64,000 bases of DNA from Pelagibacteraceae bacterium AG-333-C14 (GTDB lineage: Bacteria > Pseudomonadota > Alphaproteobacteria > Pelagibacterales > AG-422-B15). Location: assembly GCA_003282485.1 (NCBI GenBank), contig QBZD01000002.1, positions 90,852 through 154,851 of the forward strand. Direction: 5' to 3'. A program made the position numbers and the translations under genes. Numbering within the stretch: the stretch's first letter is position 1; every line of letters starts with the position of its first letter. This document shows, one piece after another, positions 18,391 to 28,115 of the stretch. Under the pieces are notes generated by a model, which worked only from the letters and a program-made list of their open reading frames with translations, was not told the DNA's origin and did not search any database.

Positions 18391-19635
18391 CTAAAGAATA
18401 GTATCTAAAAAATCTATTAGTCTATTTACTTCCTCAATATTATTATAATGAACCATTGAAACTCTAACCACACCATCATTTGGTTCAATTCCTAATCCCT
18501 TCAAACACCTCCATGCATAAAACTCACCATTGCGAATTCCAATTTGGTTTTTACCTGCAGCTTTTGCAATTTCTAGTGAACTTTTGTCTTTCACAGTAAA
18601 TGAGACAGTAGGCATTCGTTCACTTCTAGAGTGAGAAGTTTTGCCAATTAATCGTACATTTTTTTTGAGCTTTAAAAATTCAATAAGTGTTTTGATTAGT
18701 GTTTCTTCGTGGTTATAAATTAGCTCAAAAACTTTTTTTCCTTTTTCATGAAGGTTCAATCCTTGTTCTGTAAAATGATGACTGTAAAGTGTTTCATAGT
18801 AGTCAGTGACTCCAGATAAGCATGCCAATTCCTCATGGTTTGGGCCGCCTGGGTTCATTGTGTACGGTATCTCTGATGCCAGAAATTCGTGATTCAAGTT
18901 TTTAGTTTGATCAAGAAGTTCTTTTTTTCCATATAAAAGGCCTAAATGTGGACCATAAGTTTTGTATAGACTGAACCCATAGAAATCTATGTCTAATTCT
19001 TTTAGATCAATAATATCATGTGCCATGTACGCTACTCCATCACCAACTACTTTTATGTCATGACTATGAGCTATTGAGATTATTTCTTTTAAGTTATTTA
19101 TTGAAGCCACAACATTTGATGTATGACAGACACAAATAAATTTAGTTCTTTTTGTTATTAAATTTTTTAAATCTTCAACTTCAAGTTCAGCACTTTTTGG
19201 ATTAAACTTCCATTCCTTAATATTAATTCCTTTTTCCGCAAGTTTCCTCCACGACCCAATATTTGCCTCATGGTCTTGATTGGTTACAATTATTTCATCA
19301 TCAGTTTTAAGCCAATCTTTAATTGCATTAGACAGCAAAAACATATTCATGGTCGTTGACGGACCTATAATAAATTCATTTTTTGAAATATTTAATAGTT
19401 CTGCAATTTTCTCTAAGCTGTTATCCATTTCATTTCCTGCTTCTATTGATGGACCAAAGTCACCATAAGGTTGAACTTTCTTAGTAATCATAAAATCATT
19501 AAGTTTTTCAATTACATGCTTAGGAACGTATGTACCCCCTGCATTCTCAAAGAATGCAAAATCAGCAGTTTTGGGATTTTGAAAAACAGGAAATTGTTTT
19601 CTCACAAATTCTATATCTAGTATATTTCTATTCAA
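18391..19635 (-). CDS. Class V aminotransferase-fold PLP enzyme (cysteine desulfurase/SufS-CsdA-like)
   Basis: 414 aa. It shows the class V fold pattern: HEANI, CHTSNVV, DGVAYMAH, and a PLP-Lys context FSLYKTYGPHLG. Confidence 0.75.
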   Translation of the reverse strand: MNRNILDIEFVRKQFPVFQNPKTADFAFFENAGGTYVPKHVIEKLNDFMITKKVQPYGDFGPSIEAGNEMDNSLEKIAELLNISKNEFIIGPSTTMNMFLLSNAIKDWLKTDDEIIVTNQDHEANIGSWRKLAEKGINIKEWKFNPKSAELEVEDLKNLITKRTKFICVCHTSNVVASINNLKEIISIAHSHDIKVVGDGVAYMAHDIIDLKELDIDFYGFSLYKTYGPHLGLLYGKKELLDQTKNLNHEFLASEIPYTMNPGGPNHEELACLSGVTDYYETLYSHHFTEQGLNLHEKGKKVFELIYNHEETLIKTLIEFLKLKKNVRLIGKTSHSRSERMPTVSFTVKDKSSLEIAKAAGKNQIGIRNGEFYAWRCLKGLGIEPNDGVVRVSMVHYNNIEEVNRLIDFLDTIL

Positions 19636-19636
19636 A

Positions 19637-20701
19637 TTATTTAATTCCTTCTACAATACTCCAACCGAGCTTACCTAATATTGGAACAAAAGCTTCATAA
19701 TTTTTAGCCTCTGAGCTTGAAGCAGTTCCATCTCTTACACGACCCACTATGCCTTGAGCTATTCCTGCAAGTCTAAATATATTATATGCCATATAGAAAT
19801 CCCAATTATCTATTTTTTCTCTTCCTGTTTTTTTGTAATAAAGTTCAGCATACTCATTTTCTGAGGGAATATTGAGTGATTTAAGATCCGATCCCATCAT
19901 TCCTAATCCCTTTGCGCCTGCTGGCAATCTCCATGACATCATATGATAAGTAAAATCTGCTATCGGATTTCCTAAAGTAGATAATTCCCAGTCTAATATT
20001 GCTTTTACTTCATGAGTTATAGGGTCGAATATCATATTGTCCAACCTGAAATCCCCATGAACGATCGTGGTCTCTTGATCAGAAGGTATATTTTTAGGTA
20101 ACCATTCTATCAATTCATTAATCTCAGGTATCATTTGTGTTTCAGAATCTTTGTACTGTTTTGTCCATCTATGAATTTGTCTGTCCATATAATTTTCATG
20201 TTTACCGTAATCAGCTAGATTAACTTTATCAAAATCAACGTTATGTAACTTCGCAATAGTATCATTCATGGATAAGTAAATTTCCCTTCTTTGATTTGGA
20301 TCGCATCCTGGAAGAAGAAGTTCCCAATAAATGTTACCGATGACATGATCCATAATAAAAAAAGATGTACCAATTACTGTTTCATCATCGCAATAACCAA
20401 ATGTTTTGGGAACAGGAACATCAGTATCATGAAGAGCTGTCATTACCCTGCATTCTCTATCAACTGCATGAGCGGATTTAAGAAGTTTACCTGGAGGCTT
20501 TCTTCTAAGTACAAAATTATTAATATTTGTTTCAACCAGATAAGTTGGATTTGACTGTCCACCCTTAAATTGTGTTATGTCGCTTATCTGAATATTATTA
20601 CCCATAAGTTTTTTTAGATAATCATTTAAAGATTCTTTATCTATTTTGAGTTTATCATCAACTTGTTTTGTGCCTGAAAATATTTCATTTCTATCAGTCA
20701 T
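19637..20701 (-). CDS. APH-family phosphotransferase, ACAD10/ACAD11 N-terminal kinase-domain type
   Basis: 354 aa. It reads QFKGGQSNPTYLV, VLRRKPPGKLLKSAHAVDRE, VIGTSFFIMDHV, RWTKQY, HGDFRLDNMIF, LDWELSTLG and FRLAGIAQGI. It is colinear with the kinase half of remembered human ACAD10/11. Confidence 0.85.
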   Translation of the reverse strand: MTDRNEIFSGTKQVDDKLKIDKESLNDYLKKLMGNNIQISDITQFKGGQSNPTYLVETNINNFVLRRKPPGKLLKSAHAVDRECRVMTALHDTDVPVPKTFGYCDDETVIGTSFFIMDHVIGNIYWELLLPGCDPNQRREIYLSMNDTIAKLHNVDFDKVNLADYGKHENYMDRQIHRWTKQYKDSETQMIPEINELIEWLPKNIPSDQETTIVHGDFRLDNMIFDPITHEVKAILDWELSTLGNPIADFTYHMMSWRLPAGAKGLGMMGSDLKSLNIPSENEYAELYYKKTGREKIDNWDFYMAYNIFRLAGIAQGIVGRVRDGTASSSEAKNYEAFVPILGKLGWSIVEGIK

Positions 20702-21960
20702 TTTAAAGCTTTCTTTCCAATATCTTTTCTATAGTACCCCTCAGGCCAGTCTATCGAGTGAATCGAATCATAGATTTTCTTCAAAGCCTCACTAAGTGAT
20801 GCATTTTTTGAAGTTACAGAGAGAACTCTTCCACCTGTAGCAATTATTTTTTTATCTTTAATAGCTGTTGCAGCGTGAAATACCTGAAAAGTATCAGTAT
20901 TTTCTAACTTATCTATTCCGTTAATTACAGTTTCTTTCTCAAATGATCCTGGGTATCCATTCGATGCCATTACAACTGTTGCGCAATGATCATCTTCCCA
21001 TTTTAATTCAAAGTCATGTAAATCTTGATCGATACAGCTCAGCATAAGTTGAACTATATCACTTTTCATTCTTAGCATTAAAACTTGGCATTCAGGATCT
21101 CCAAATCTAATATTATATTCAACAAGTTTTGCCTTCCCATTTTTAATCATTAGCCCTGCATACAAAATACCTTGATATGGATGACCTAACTCTCTCATGG
21201 CATTTAGTGTGGGATATATAATTTCATCATCGACTTGTTTTTTAATCTCATCTGTAAAGATAGGAGCAGGTGAGTAGGCTCCCATCCCACCTGTGTTAGG
21301 ACCAGTATCATTTTCTCCTATGCGTTTATGGTCTTGAGCACTTTCAAGAGAAATAAACTCAGTACCATCAGTGCATACAAAGTAACTCGCTTCTTCACCT
21401 TCCATAAATTCTTCAATGACTGCGGTCATATTTATTCCAAATTTATTTTCAAAAATTTCCTTCAGAGCTTTTTCAGCCATTTCAAAACTATCTGCGACTG
21501 TCACTCCTTTTCCGGCAGCTAATCCATTTGCTTTTACTACAATTGGCAAACTTTGTTTTTTTAAGTATTTGACTGCGTCTTCGTAGTTATCAAAAGTAGA
21601 ATAGGCAGCTGTTGGAATAGAATAATTTTTGCAAAGATCTTTCATAAAGCTCTTTGATCCTTCAAGTTGGGATGCGTATTTATTTGGACCAAATATTTTA
21701 ATATTTTTTGATACAAAATAATCCACTATTCCTGCAACTAATGGAACCTCAGGTCCAACTATAATTAAATCAATAGATTTTTCGACACAATATGAATGAA
21801 TAGAGTTAAAATCATCAAGATCTAAATCTTTACATTCTGCTAGTAGACTTATTCCATAATTCCCAGGAGCACAAAATAGTGATGTAGCCAAAGGACTTCT
21901 TGATATTGCATAGCATAGAGAATGCTCCCTAGCTCCATTTCCAAGTACAAGAATTTTCAT
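20698..21960 (-). CDS. purD: Phosphoribosylamine-glycine ligase
   Basis: 420 aa. It reads MKILVLGNGAREH, has an ATP-grasp core, and has GPNTGGMGAYSP and RFGDPE. Confidence 0.97.
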   Translation of the reverse strand: MKILVLGNGAREHSLCYAISRSPLATSLFCAPGNYGISLLAECKDLDLDDFNSIHSYCVEKSIDLIIVGPEVPLVAGIVDYFVSKNIKIFGPNKYASQLEGSKSFMKDLCKNYSIPTAAYSTFDNYEDAVKYLKKQSLPIVVKANGLAAGKGVTVADSFEMAEKALKEIFENKFGINMTAVIEEFMEGEEASYFVCTDGTEFISLESAQDHKRIGENDTGPNTGGMGAYSPAPIFTDEIKKQVDDEIIYPTLNAMRELGHPYQGILYAGLMIKNGKAKLVEYNIRFGDPECQVLMLRMKSDIVQLMLSCIDQDLHDFELKWEDDHCATVVMASNGYPGSFEKETVINGIDKLENTDTFQVFHAATAIKDKKIIATGGRVLSVTSKNASLSEALKKIYDSIHSIDWPEGYYRKDIGKKALK

Positions 21961-22011
21961 AAAGTAAAATTTAAATTAATTGATATATTAGCATATAAGG
22001 AATTAAATTAA

Positions 22012-23313
22012 ATGGTTAGAGAAAATATCCAAGAGTACTCAGTTTCAGAAATTTCAGACTCTATAAAGGGAACTCTTGAAAACAGTTTTGGCTACGTAAA
22101 AGTTAGAGGGGAAGTCTCGGGTTTAAGTAAGCCAGCGTCAGGCCACATATATTTAAATTTAAAAGATGATAAGGCCGTTATAAAAGCAATAATCTGGCGA
22201 AGTGCAGCAGCAAGAATTAGTTTTGTACCCGAAGATGGATTAGAAGTTATTTGTTCAGGTAAGCTCACAACGGGATATTCTGATCGATACCCGGGGAGGT
22301 CAGATTATTCAATTATAGTTGATTCAATAACTCCTGCAGGAGAGGGAGCTTTAATGGCTCTTTTAGAGCAACGTAAGAAAAAGCTTGCGGCTGAGGGTTT
22401 ATTTGAGGAGCAAAATAAGAAAAGTCTACCAAAGTATCCTGAAACGATTGGCATAGTCACATCTCCAACAGGTGCAGTTATAAAAGATATACTTCATAGA
22501 TTAAATGAGAGGTTTCCATGCAATGTCATTCTATGGCCTGTTCCAGTTCAGGGCCAAGATGCCGCTCAGTTAATTTCTGATGCAGTAGATGGATTTAATA
22601 ATTTATCGAGTAAAGACGAAGTAAATATACCAAACCTTATTATCATAGCACGTGGTGGGGGCAGTATAGAAGACCTTTGGCCTTTCAATGAAGAAATTGT
22701 AATCAGGTCTGTCTTCAAAAGTAATATTCCTATTGTATCTGCAATTGGTCATGAAACAGATACCACACTAATTGATTTTGTTTCTGACTTAAGAGCACCA
22801 ACGCCTACAGCTGCAGCAGAAATTTCTACCCCAGATAAAGAAGGACTTTTGAGGGACATCAGTGAAAAAAATAATCGTTTAAATTATTCAATAAATTTAT
22901 ACCTTGATAATCTTAAAGACAATTTCACATCAATAAAAGATAAATTGCCTGTTTCACTAAAACTTTTTCTAAATAATCTTACTTCTCATTTTCAAAATAT
23001 TTCTCAATCACTTAATTTTCGTGTTATCGGTGAGCAATTAAAGAGCAGTAAAGTAAAACTCATTTCTTTAGAGGAGTCTCTATTGAAAGCAAAAAATATT
23101 TTGGTAGAGAGGCTTCAAAAAGAATTAGATAATAAAAGCACACTCCTTGAAAGCTTGAGTTATAAATCTGTTTTAAAAAGAGGGTACTCAGTTACAAGGA
23201 GTTCAAATAAAATAATCAAATCAAAAAAAGATTTAAAAGATGAAAGTGAGTTGATCATAGAAACTAATTTTGCTACTTTAAAAGCCAAACTTAGAGAAAT
23301 TAATGACAAATAG
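22012..23313 (+). CDS. xseA: Exodeoxyribonuclease VII large subunit
   Basis: 433 aa. An N-terminal OB fold (VKVRGEVSG...SGHIYLNLKD) is followed by IGIVTSPTGAVIKDI, ARGGGSIEDLWPFNEE, GHETDTTLIDFVSDLRAPTPTAAAE and a coiled-coil tail. Confidence 0.9.
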   Translation: MVRENIQEYSVSEISDSIKGTLENSFGYVKVRGEVSGLSKPASGHIYLNLKDDKAVIKAIIWRSAAARISFVPEDGLEVICSGKLTTGYSDRYPGRSDYSIIVDSITPAGEGALMALLEQRKKKLAAEGLFEEQNKKSLPKYPETIGIVTSPTGAVIKDILHRLNERFPCNVILWPVPVQGQDAAQLISDAVDGFNNLSSKDEVNIPNLIIIARGGGSIEDLWPFNEEIVIRSVFKSNIPIVSAIGHETDTTLIDFVSDLRAPTPTAAAEISTPDKEGLLRDISEKNNRLNYSINLYLDNLKDNFTSIKDKLPVSLKLFLNNLTSHFQNISQSLNFRVIGEQLKSSKVKLISLEESLLKAKNILVERLQKELDNKSTLLESLSYKSVLKRGYSVTRSSNKIIKSKKDLKDESELIIETNFATLKAKLREINDK

Positions 23314-23515
23314 TTTTACTACGAAGGCAGAAATAAGATTGCATCATGGCCAGTTTCAAATAATAAAGTCTGGGGATTATGTAGAATGTTCAATCACAAA
23401 AGAGAAGATATCACTTGATAATTTGAAGTATTGGAATGTTGATTTTCAGGAAATTTATGCGAATCCAGAGGTTGCACTAAGGAGATATAAAGAGATAAAT
23501 GAAAATAAAGATTAA
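23303..23515 (+). CDS. Small conserved protein, DUF2093-like
   Basis: 70 aa. The pattern G.F.I..SGDYV.C.IT...I.LD.LKYW.V..QE.Y matches my memory of the alphaproteobacterial DUF2093 family. It overlaps xseA by 11 nt and the next gene by 17 nt. Confidence 0.55.
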   Translation: MTNSFTTKAEIRLHHGQFQIIKSGDYVECSITKEKISLDNLKYWNVDFQEIYANPEVALRRYKEINENKD

Positions 23516-24299
23516 AATAATAGCAATCTTTTTTTTTGTTTTTCAACCAGCTATAGCAACCGATTTACCAAAAGAAATACCTCAAGGAAGCCTTGTTGTT
23601 GGCCAGTCATTAGATGCAGATGAAGTTATAGTAGATAATAATTCTTTAAAAGTGAGCGAAAAAGGTCACTTTGTATTTGCAGTCGGTAGGGACCATGTGG
23701 AACCGATAAGTGTGACATATTTAAAAAATGGATCGTTAATAAGAATTCATCAAATAAATATAATTATACAAGACTACGACATACAAAGGATTGACGGTTT
23801 ACCAGAACAAATGGTTACACCACTTGATGATGAAATAATCGAAAGAATAATTTATGAGAACGAATTGATTAAAGAAAAGAAAAAAATAAATTTAGATCTA
23901 ACTTATTTTAAAGATAGTTTTATTCAACCTACAGAAGGAATTATCAGTGGTGTTTTTGGTAGTCAAAGAATATTAAATGGAAAAGCTAAAAGTCCTCATC
24001 GTGGTTTAGATATTGCGGCTGAAACTGGAACCCCAATTTATGCCTGCAATGAAGGACTTGTTATACATGCCGAAGATGATCTTTATTACACAGGTGGAAC
24101 TATAATTCTTGATCATGGGCATGGTGTAAAATCAATTTATGCCCATTTATCTGATGTGAAAGTAAACGTAAATCAAACAGTGTCAAAGGATGATATTATT
24201 GGCGAAGTAGGCTCTACAGGACGATCAACTGGCCCTCACCTTCACTGGGGAGTAATGGTCTTTAATACCTATGTAGACCCACAATTGCTTTTAGATTAA
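23499..24299 (+). CDS. M23 family metallopeptidase (secreted)
   Basis: 266 aa. It has a signal peptide, then HRGLDIAA...GTPI and DHGHGVKSIYAHL...GSTGRSTGPHLHW (LytM/M23 HxxxD and HxH motifs). Confidence 0.85.
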   Translation: MKIKIKIIAIFFFVFQPAIATDLPKEIPQGSLVVGQSLDADEVIVDNNSLKVSEKGHFVFAVGRDHVEPISVTYLKNGSLIRIHQINIIIQDYDIQRIDGLPEQMVTPLDDEIIERIIYENELIKEKKKINLDLTYFKDSFIQPTEGIISGVFGSQRILNGKAKSPHRGLDIAAETGTPIYACNEGLVIHAEDDLYYTGGTIILDHGHGVKSIYAHLSDVKVNVNQTVSKDDIIGEVGSTGRSTGPHLHWGVMVFNTYVDPQLLLD

Positions 24300-24320
24300 T
24301 TTTTTTAAAAAAAAATAGAC

Positions 24321-25196
24321 TCATATTTTCCATCTATTGTGGAACCAAAAATATTGTTCGGGGTACTTAGCAATCATTTTTTGATAAAATGAGGATATTT
24401 GAGATGAAATTTTATTAATGTTTTCTTCATTACTTTCTTTATCTTTTGTATCAATGCACTCAATAACCTCAAATTTAAAATTATTATCATTTGTTCGTAT
24501 TGGCCAGGCTAAAAATATTTTACATTTTGCTTTCAAAGCAATTTGAGCAGGAAGTGTCGAGATATTCATTTCCTTATTAAAAAATTTAACCTTTGTTCCC
24601 GAAGACAATTGTTGATCTGCTAAGAGGGCAATAGAATTTCCTATATTGAATTGGTTTAATAACTGTTTCGTCCCTGATCTGTTTTTACTATAACATTGAA
24701 CGCTATATTTACGTCTTAGTTGCTTTACAACAAAATTTATTAGAGGATTATTTGGCTCTCTTACTATCGCTGAGACCCTATTCATCTTACTTCGAAGAGC
24801 CATTCCAGGTATTTCCCAATTTGAACTATGGCCTGAAACAATTACGCTATGTTCATTTTCATTAAATGCATCATCTGAAAATTCATTATTAATAACTTCA
24901 ATCTTATTTTTGAGTATACTGTTCATATGGGCATATTCTGAGACTGTATAGCCTAGATTCTTCCAAACTTTATTAGCTGTATCATTAATCCACTCTTTAT
25001 CTTTTTCATGAAATGCAATAGATAAATTTTTTATTAAAAGATTATGTATTGGAAGAAATGGTCCAACAGAAGTAGTAATTAATATTCCAAGAGCACGCGA
25101 CATTCTCAGAGGTAGAATTTTAAAGACACTAAAGAAGATAATAAAAAATAAAAACTCCATTGGGTATTTTACCAAGATCTTGAATAATGATTTCAT
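24321..25196 (-). CDS. Lipid A biosynthesis (Kdo)2-lipid IVA acyltransferase family (LpxL/HtrB-like)
   Basis: 291 aa. It has an N-terminal TM, an acyltransferase HX4E motif (GHSSNWEI), and the C-terminal YPEQYFWFHNRWK typical of LpxL/LpxM. It sits in the lpxK-waaA-msbA block. Confidence 0.8.
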   Translation of the reverse strand: MKSLFKILVKYPMEFLFFIIFFSVFKILPLRMSRALGILITTSVGPFLPIHNLLIKNLSIAFHEKDKEWINDTANKVWKNLGYTVSEYAHMNSILKNKIEVINNEFSDDAFNENEHSVIVSGHSSNWEIPGMALRSKMNRVSAIVREPNNPLINFVVKQLRRKYSVQCYSKNRSGTKQLLNQFNIGNSIALLADQQLSSGTKVKFFNKEMNISTLPAQIALKAKCKIFLAWPIRTNDNNFKFEVIECIDTKDKESNEENINKISSQISSFYQKMIAKYPEQYFWFHNRWKI

Positions 25197-25200
25197 TATT

Positions 25201-26175
25201 TTAATTAATCAAATTTCTTATTAGTTTTTCAATATTTGGTATTTCAAGCTTAATCTTGAAACAATCAATGTTCTTCCTATAATCTTCAGGAATTCGAACA
25301 TAGTCTTTTTCCGTCGTGATAAGTGATAAATTTTCTCTTCTCGCCTTATCTAATAAGTTTTCTAAATCTTTTATAGTGAACTGATAATGATCGGGAAAAC
25401 TTTTCTTTTTTATAACTTCGTACCCTTTGTTTTTAAGGGTATCAAAAAAGCCATCATTATTTCCAATACCACTAAATGCTAAATAATTTTTCTTATCAAA
25501 TACATCTAAAGCTTTAACGTTAGCATTGTAGAATTCTAAGTTATCATAATCATATTTTTTTGTAATATGATGTAGGTCATCTCCAATAATGACTACAAAT
25601 TGGGAAGATTTTAGAGCAGGTCTTATAAACTCCCTCAGTGGTCCTGCAGGTAAGCACAATTTATTTCCAAAACCTCTCTTACCATTAACTGTTAGTATGG
25701 TTTTATCTTTATGGAATGATCGATCTTGAAATCCATCATCCAACAATATGATGTCTGTTTGCTTCTCATTTATTATTTTCTCAATTGCAAATGCTCTATT
25801 TGTGGTGATGTAAGTTGGGACGCAATTTGCATATAGCAGGGCTTCATCTCCAACCTTGTTAAACGTGTCTGATTTTGCAACCTTATAGAAAATAGATCTA
25901 TTTGTAGATCCATAGCCTCTCAACAATACTGATACTTTCTTATCTTTCTTTTTTATTTCCTCAATTAATGTAAGTAATGTTGAAGTTTTCCCCGTACCTC
26001 CAATATTTATATTACCTATGCATACGATGGGGACATTGAACTTCTTATTTTTATAAAATAATCTTCTTATGTAAAAAAGGCATATGTATATACATGACAA
26101 TGGAATTAAACATAGTGATACGAGATTTGCGTAATATACATCTTGGTACCATATTTTCAGAAAAAATTTTTCCAT
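25201..26175 (-). CDS. lpxK: Tetraacyldisaccharide 4'-kinase
   Basis: 324 aa. P-loop GNINIGGTGKTS, then SRGYG-like LLRGYG, GDEALL and LLDDGFQ. Confidence 0.85.
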   Translation of the reverse strand: MEKFFLKIWYQDVYYANLVSLCLIPLSCIYICLFYIRRLFYKNKKFNVPIVCIGNINIGGTGKTSTLLTLIEEIKKKDKKVSVLLRGYGSTNRSIFYKVAKSDTFNKVGDEALLYANCVPTYITTNRAFAIEKIINEKQTDIILLDDGFQDRSFHKDKTILTVNGKRGFGNKLCLPAGPLREFIRPALKSSQFVVIIGDDLHHITKKYDYDNLEFYNANVKALDVFDKKNYLAFSGIGNNDGFFDTLKNKGYEVIKKKSFPDHYQFTIKDLENLLDKARRENLSLITTEKDYVRIPEDYRKNIDCFKIKLEIPNIEKLIRNLIN

Positions 26176-26181
26176 GATGAA

Positions 26182-27468
26182 TCAGAGGTATTGATATATT
26201 TCTTTCAATACTTTTTTTACAGCTTCTTCACCTTCCTTTTTTAAACTGCTGATATCCACTTTCCTAACTTCATTGTCTAATGATTTATACTCTTCATGAA
26301 TGAAATGTTCCAGCTGTCTCTCATTATTTACAACTTGTGATAATTTCATTTGATTCAAAGTCATATATACGTCAGAAAAATTTTCAACGTGTTTGCCATG
26401 GTATACTTTTTTTCCATGGTACGCCGCTTCAATTGGATTTTGCCCACCATGCATCACTAAACTGCCACCAATAAAAATAATATCAGCTAACTTATAAAAT
26501 ATATTTAATTCACCAATTGTATCAGCTAAGTAAATATGAGTATTTCTTCTAATTTTATTTCCCATTGATCTAATTGCAGTATTTTTAATGATATTCTTAT
26601 TGATGATGTTATTTCTTTTTGGATGCCTAGGAACAACAATTGTAAGAAGCTCTTTACAAGTTTTTTTTAATTTTAGAGTTACTCTGCTAATAATTTCTTC
26701 TTCTCCAGGGTGAGTACTAGCTGCAAGGAATATTTTCCTATTCCCAGTCAAAACTTTGAGCTCGTCATACTTTTTAGCATCAGTAAGATCAGGAGCAAGA
26801 GCAAACTTTAAATTGCCAGTATAATTAGTTTTTTTAATTCCAAGTTTTTCATAAAACAAAGTACTATCTGAATTTTGAGTACTACAAGAACTAAATTTAG
26901 AAAACAAATCTTTAGATGATGAATTAAATAAAGACCATCTTTTGAAACTTTTAATTGTCATTCTTCCGTTAATTATAATTTGAGGTATATTTTTGTTATT
27001 TAGGTTATGAATAAAGTTAGGCCAAATTTCAGACTCTACAAAAACTGCAAGGGATGGCTTCCAATAACTTAGAAACCTATTTGCAAATACTGGAACATCA
27101 AAAGGTATAAATTGATGCACAACTTTATTTTTAATTCTTTTATTCATTACTTGAGCTGATGTTACAGTTCCAGATGTTATTAATATTTGATCAATAGATT
27201 GATCTTTGTTCAATTTATCTACTATTGGTAGTATTGATTGACACTCACCAATGCTGGCAGCATGGATCCAGATCAGTTTGCCTTTTTTTCGATCATGTGT
27301 ATTTTTCCCATACCTTTCGCTAATTCTATCTGGCAACTCTTTCCCTTTTCTTTCCCGTATAAAGATAACAAAAGGAATAAAGATAAGAGCTAAATTTGAA
27401 AATATACGGTAGAGAAAGAATATCATTTTTTTAATTATATCCTTTATTAGCTCTTTTTGTGAGATCAT
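26182..27468 (-). CDS. waaA: 3-deoxy-D-manno-octulosonic acid (Kdo) transferase
   Basis: 428 aa. It reads WIHAASIGE, VESEIWPN, PRHP.R and GGSL..HGGQNPIEAA. Confidence 0.9.
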   Translation of the reverse strand: MISQKELIKDIIKKMIFFLYRIFSNLALIFIPFVIFIRERKGKELPDRISERYGKNTHDRKKGKLIWIHAASIGECQSILPIVDKLNKDQSIDQILITSGTVTSAQVMNKRIKNKVVHQFIPFDVPVFANRFLSYWKPSLAVFVESEIWPNFIHNLNNKNIPQIIINGRMTIKSFKRWSLFNSSSKDLFSKFSSCSTQNSDSTLFYEKLGIKKTNYTGNLKFALAPDLTDAKKYDELKVLTGNRKIFLAASTHPGEEEIISRVTLKLKKTCKELLTIVVPRHPKRNNIINKNIIKNTAIRSMGNKIRRNTHIYLADTIGELNIFYKLADIIFIGGSLVMHGGQNPIEAAYHGKKVYHGKHVENFSDVYMTLNQMKLSQVVNNERQLEHFIHEEYKSLDNEVRKVDISSLKKEGEEAVKKVLKEIYQYL

Positions 27469-28111
27469 TCATGAGATTCTCAAGCGCTTCTTTAGTTGAC
27501 TTAACGTTAGTATTTTTTTTGCCTACTTTAATTGGCGTACCCCAAATTACAGTTATTTCATTAAACGGCTTTGGAATAATGAATTGATCCCACGTATTTA
27601 ATTTCCATTTATTTTTAAATCCAATGCCTACAGGTACAATCACTGCATTGCTAAGCTTTGCAATGCTAATGATACCGTCACTTACTTTATGTCTTGGCCC
27701 CTTAGGCCCGTCCGGAGAAATGCCAATACAGACATCTCCTTGCAGTGATTTTATCATTTTTCTAGCTGATAAAAGCCCACCTTTATTTTTTATTTTATTA
27801 GATTTATGAGTTGATCCTCGAATTGCACTAAAACCTAAATGCGAAATGACTTTAGATATTATATCTCCGTCACGATGCTTTGATATGAGTACTCTTATAG
27901 GTTTTCTATTTTGCCATGTAAGAGGACACATTAAAAGCTGGTCGTGCCAAAAAGAGTAAATAAAAGATTCATCTTTTTTAAATAGACCGTTAATATTTTT
28001 TCGATCTTTAAATTTAATTTTTGAGGACTTATGCACAAATAAAATATAAAGAGATCCTAAATAAGATATTATATTTTGTGCAACCACTTTACTTGCAATA
28101 TATTTTATCAT
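27431..28111 (-). CDS. DUF374 / lysophospholipid acyltransferase-like protein
   Basis: It reads FWHDQLL, SKHRDGDIISKVI..LGF.AIRGS and ISPDGPKGPRHKV. The position between msbA and waaA is typical. The ORF track starts at 28189 and would overlap msbA by 74 nt. I prefer the ATG at 28111-28109 (MIKYIASK...), 4 nt after the msbA stop. Confidence 0.7.
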   Translation of the reverse strand: MIKYIASKVVAQNIISYLGSLYILFVHKSSKIKFKDRKNINGLFKKDESFIYSFWHDQLLMCPLTWQNRKPIRVLISKHRDGDIISKVISHLGFSAIRGSTHKSNKIKNKGGLLSARKMIKSLQGDVCIGISPDGPKGPRHKVSDGIISIAKLSNAVIVPVGIGFKNKWKLNTWDQFIIPKPFNEITVIWGTPIKVGKKNTNVKSTKEALENLMNDLTKRANKGYN

Positions 28112-28115
28112 TAAG

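Noticed and set aside
24300-24315. A T7A9 tract lies between the convergent M23 peptidase and lpxL genes and could be a terminator.
   Set aside because: It is a pure A/T palindrome with no GC stem, so it is thermodynamically negligible as a hairpin. I note it only as a spacer.
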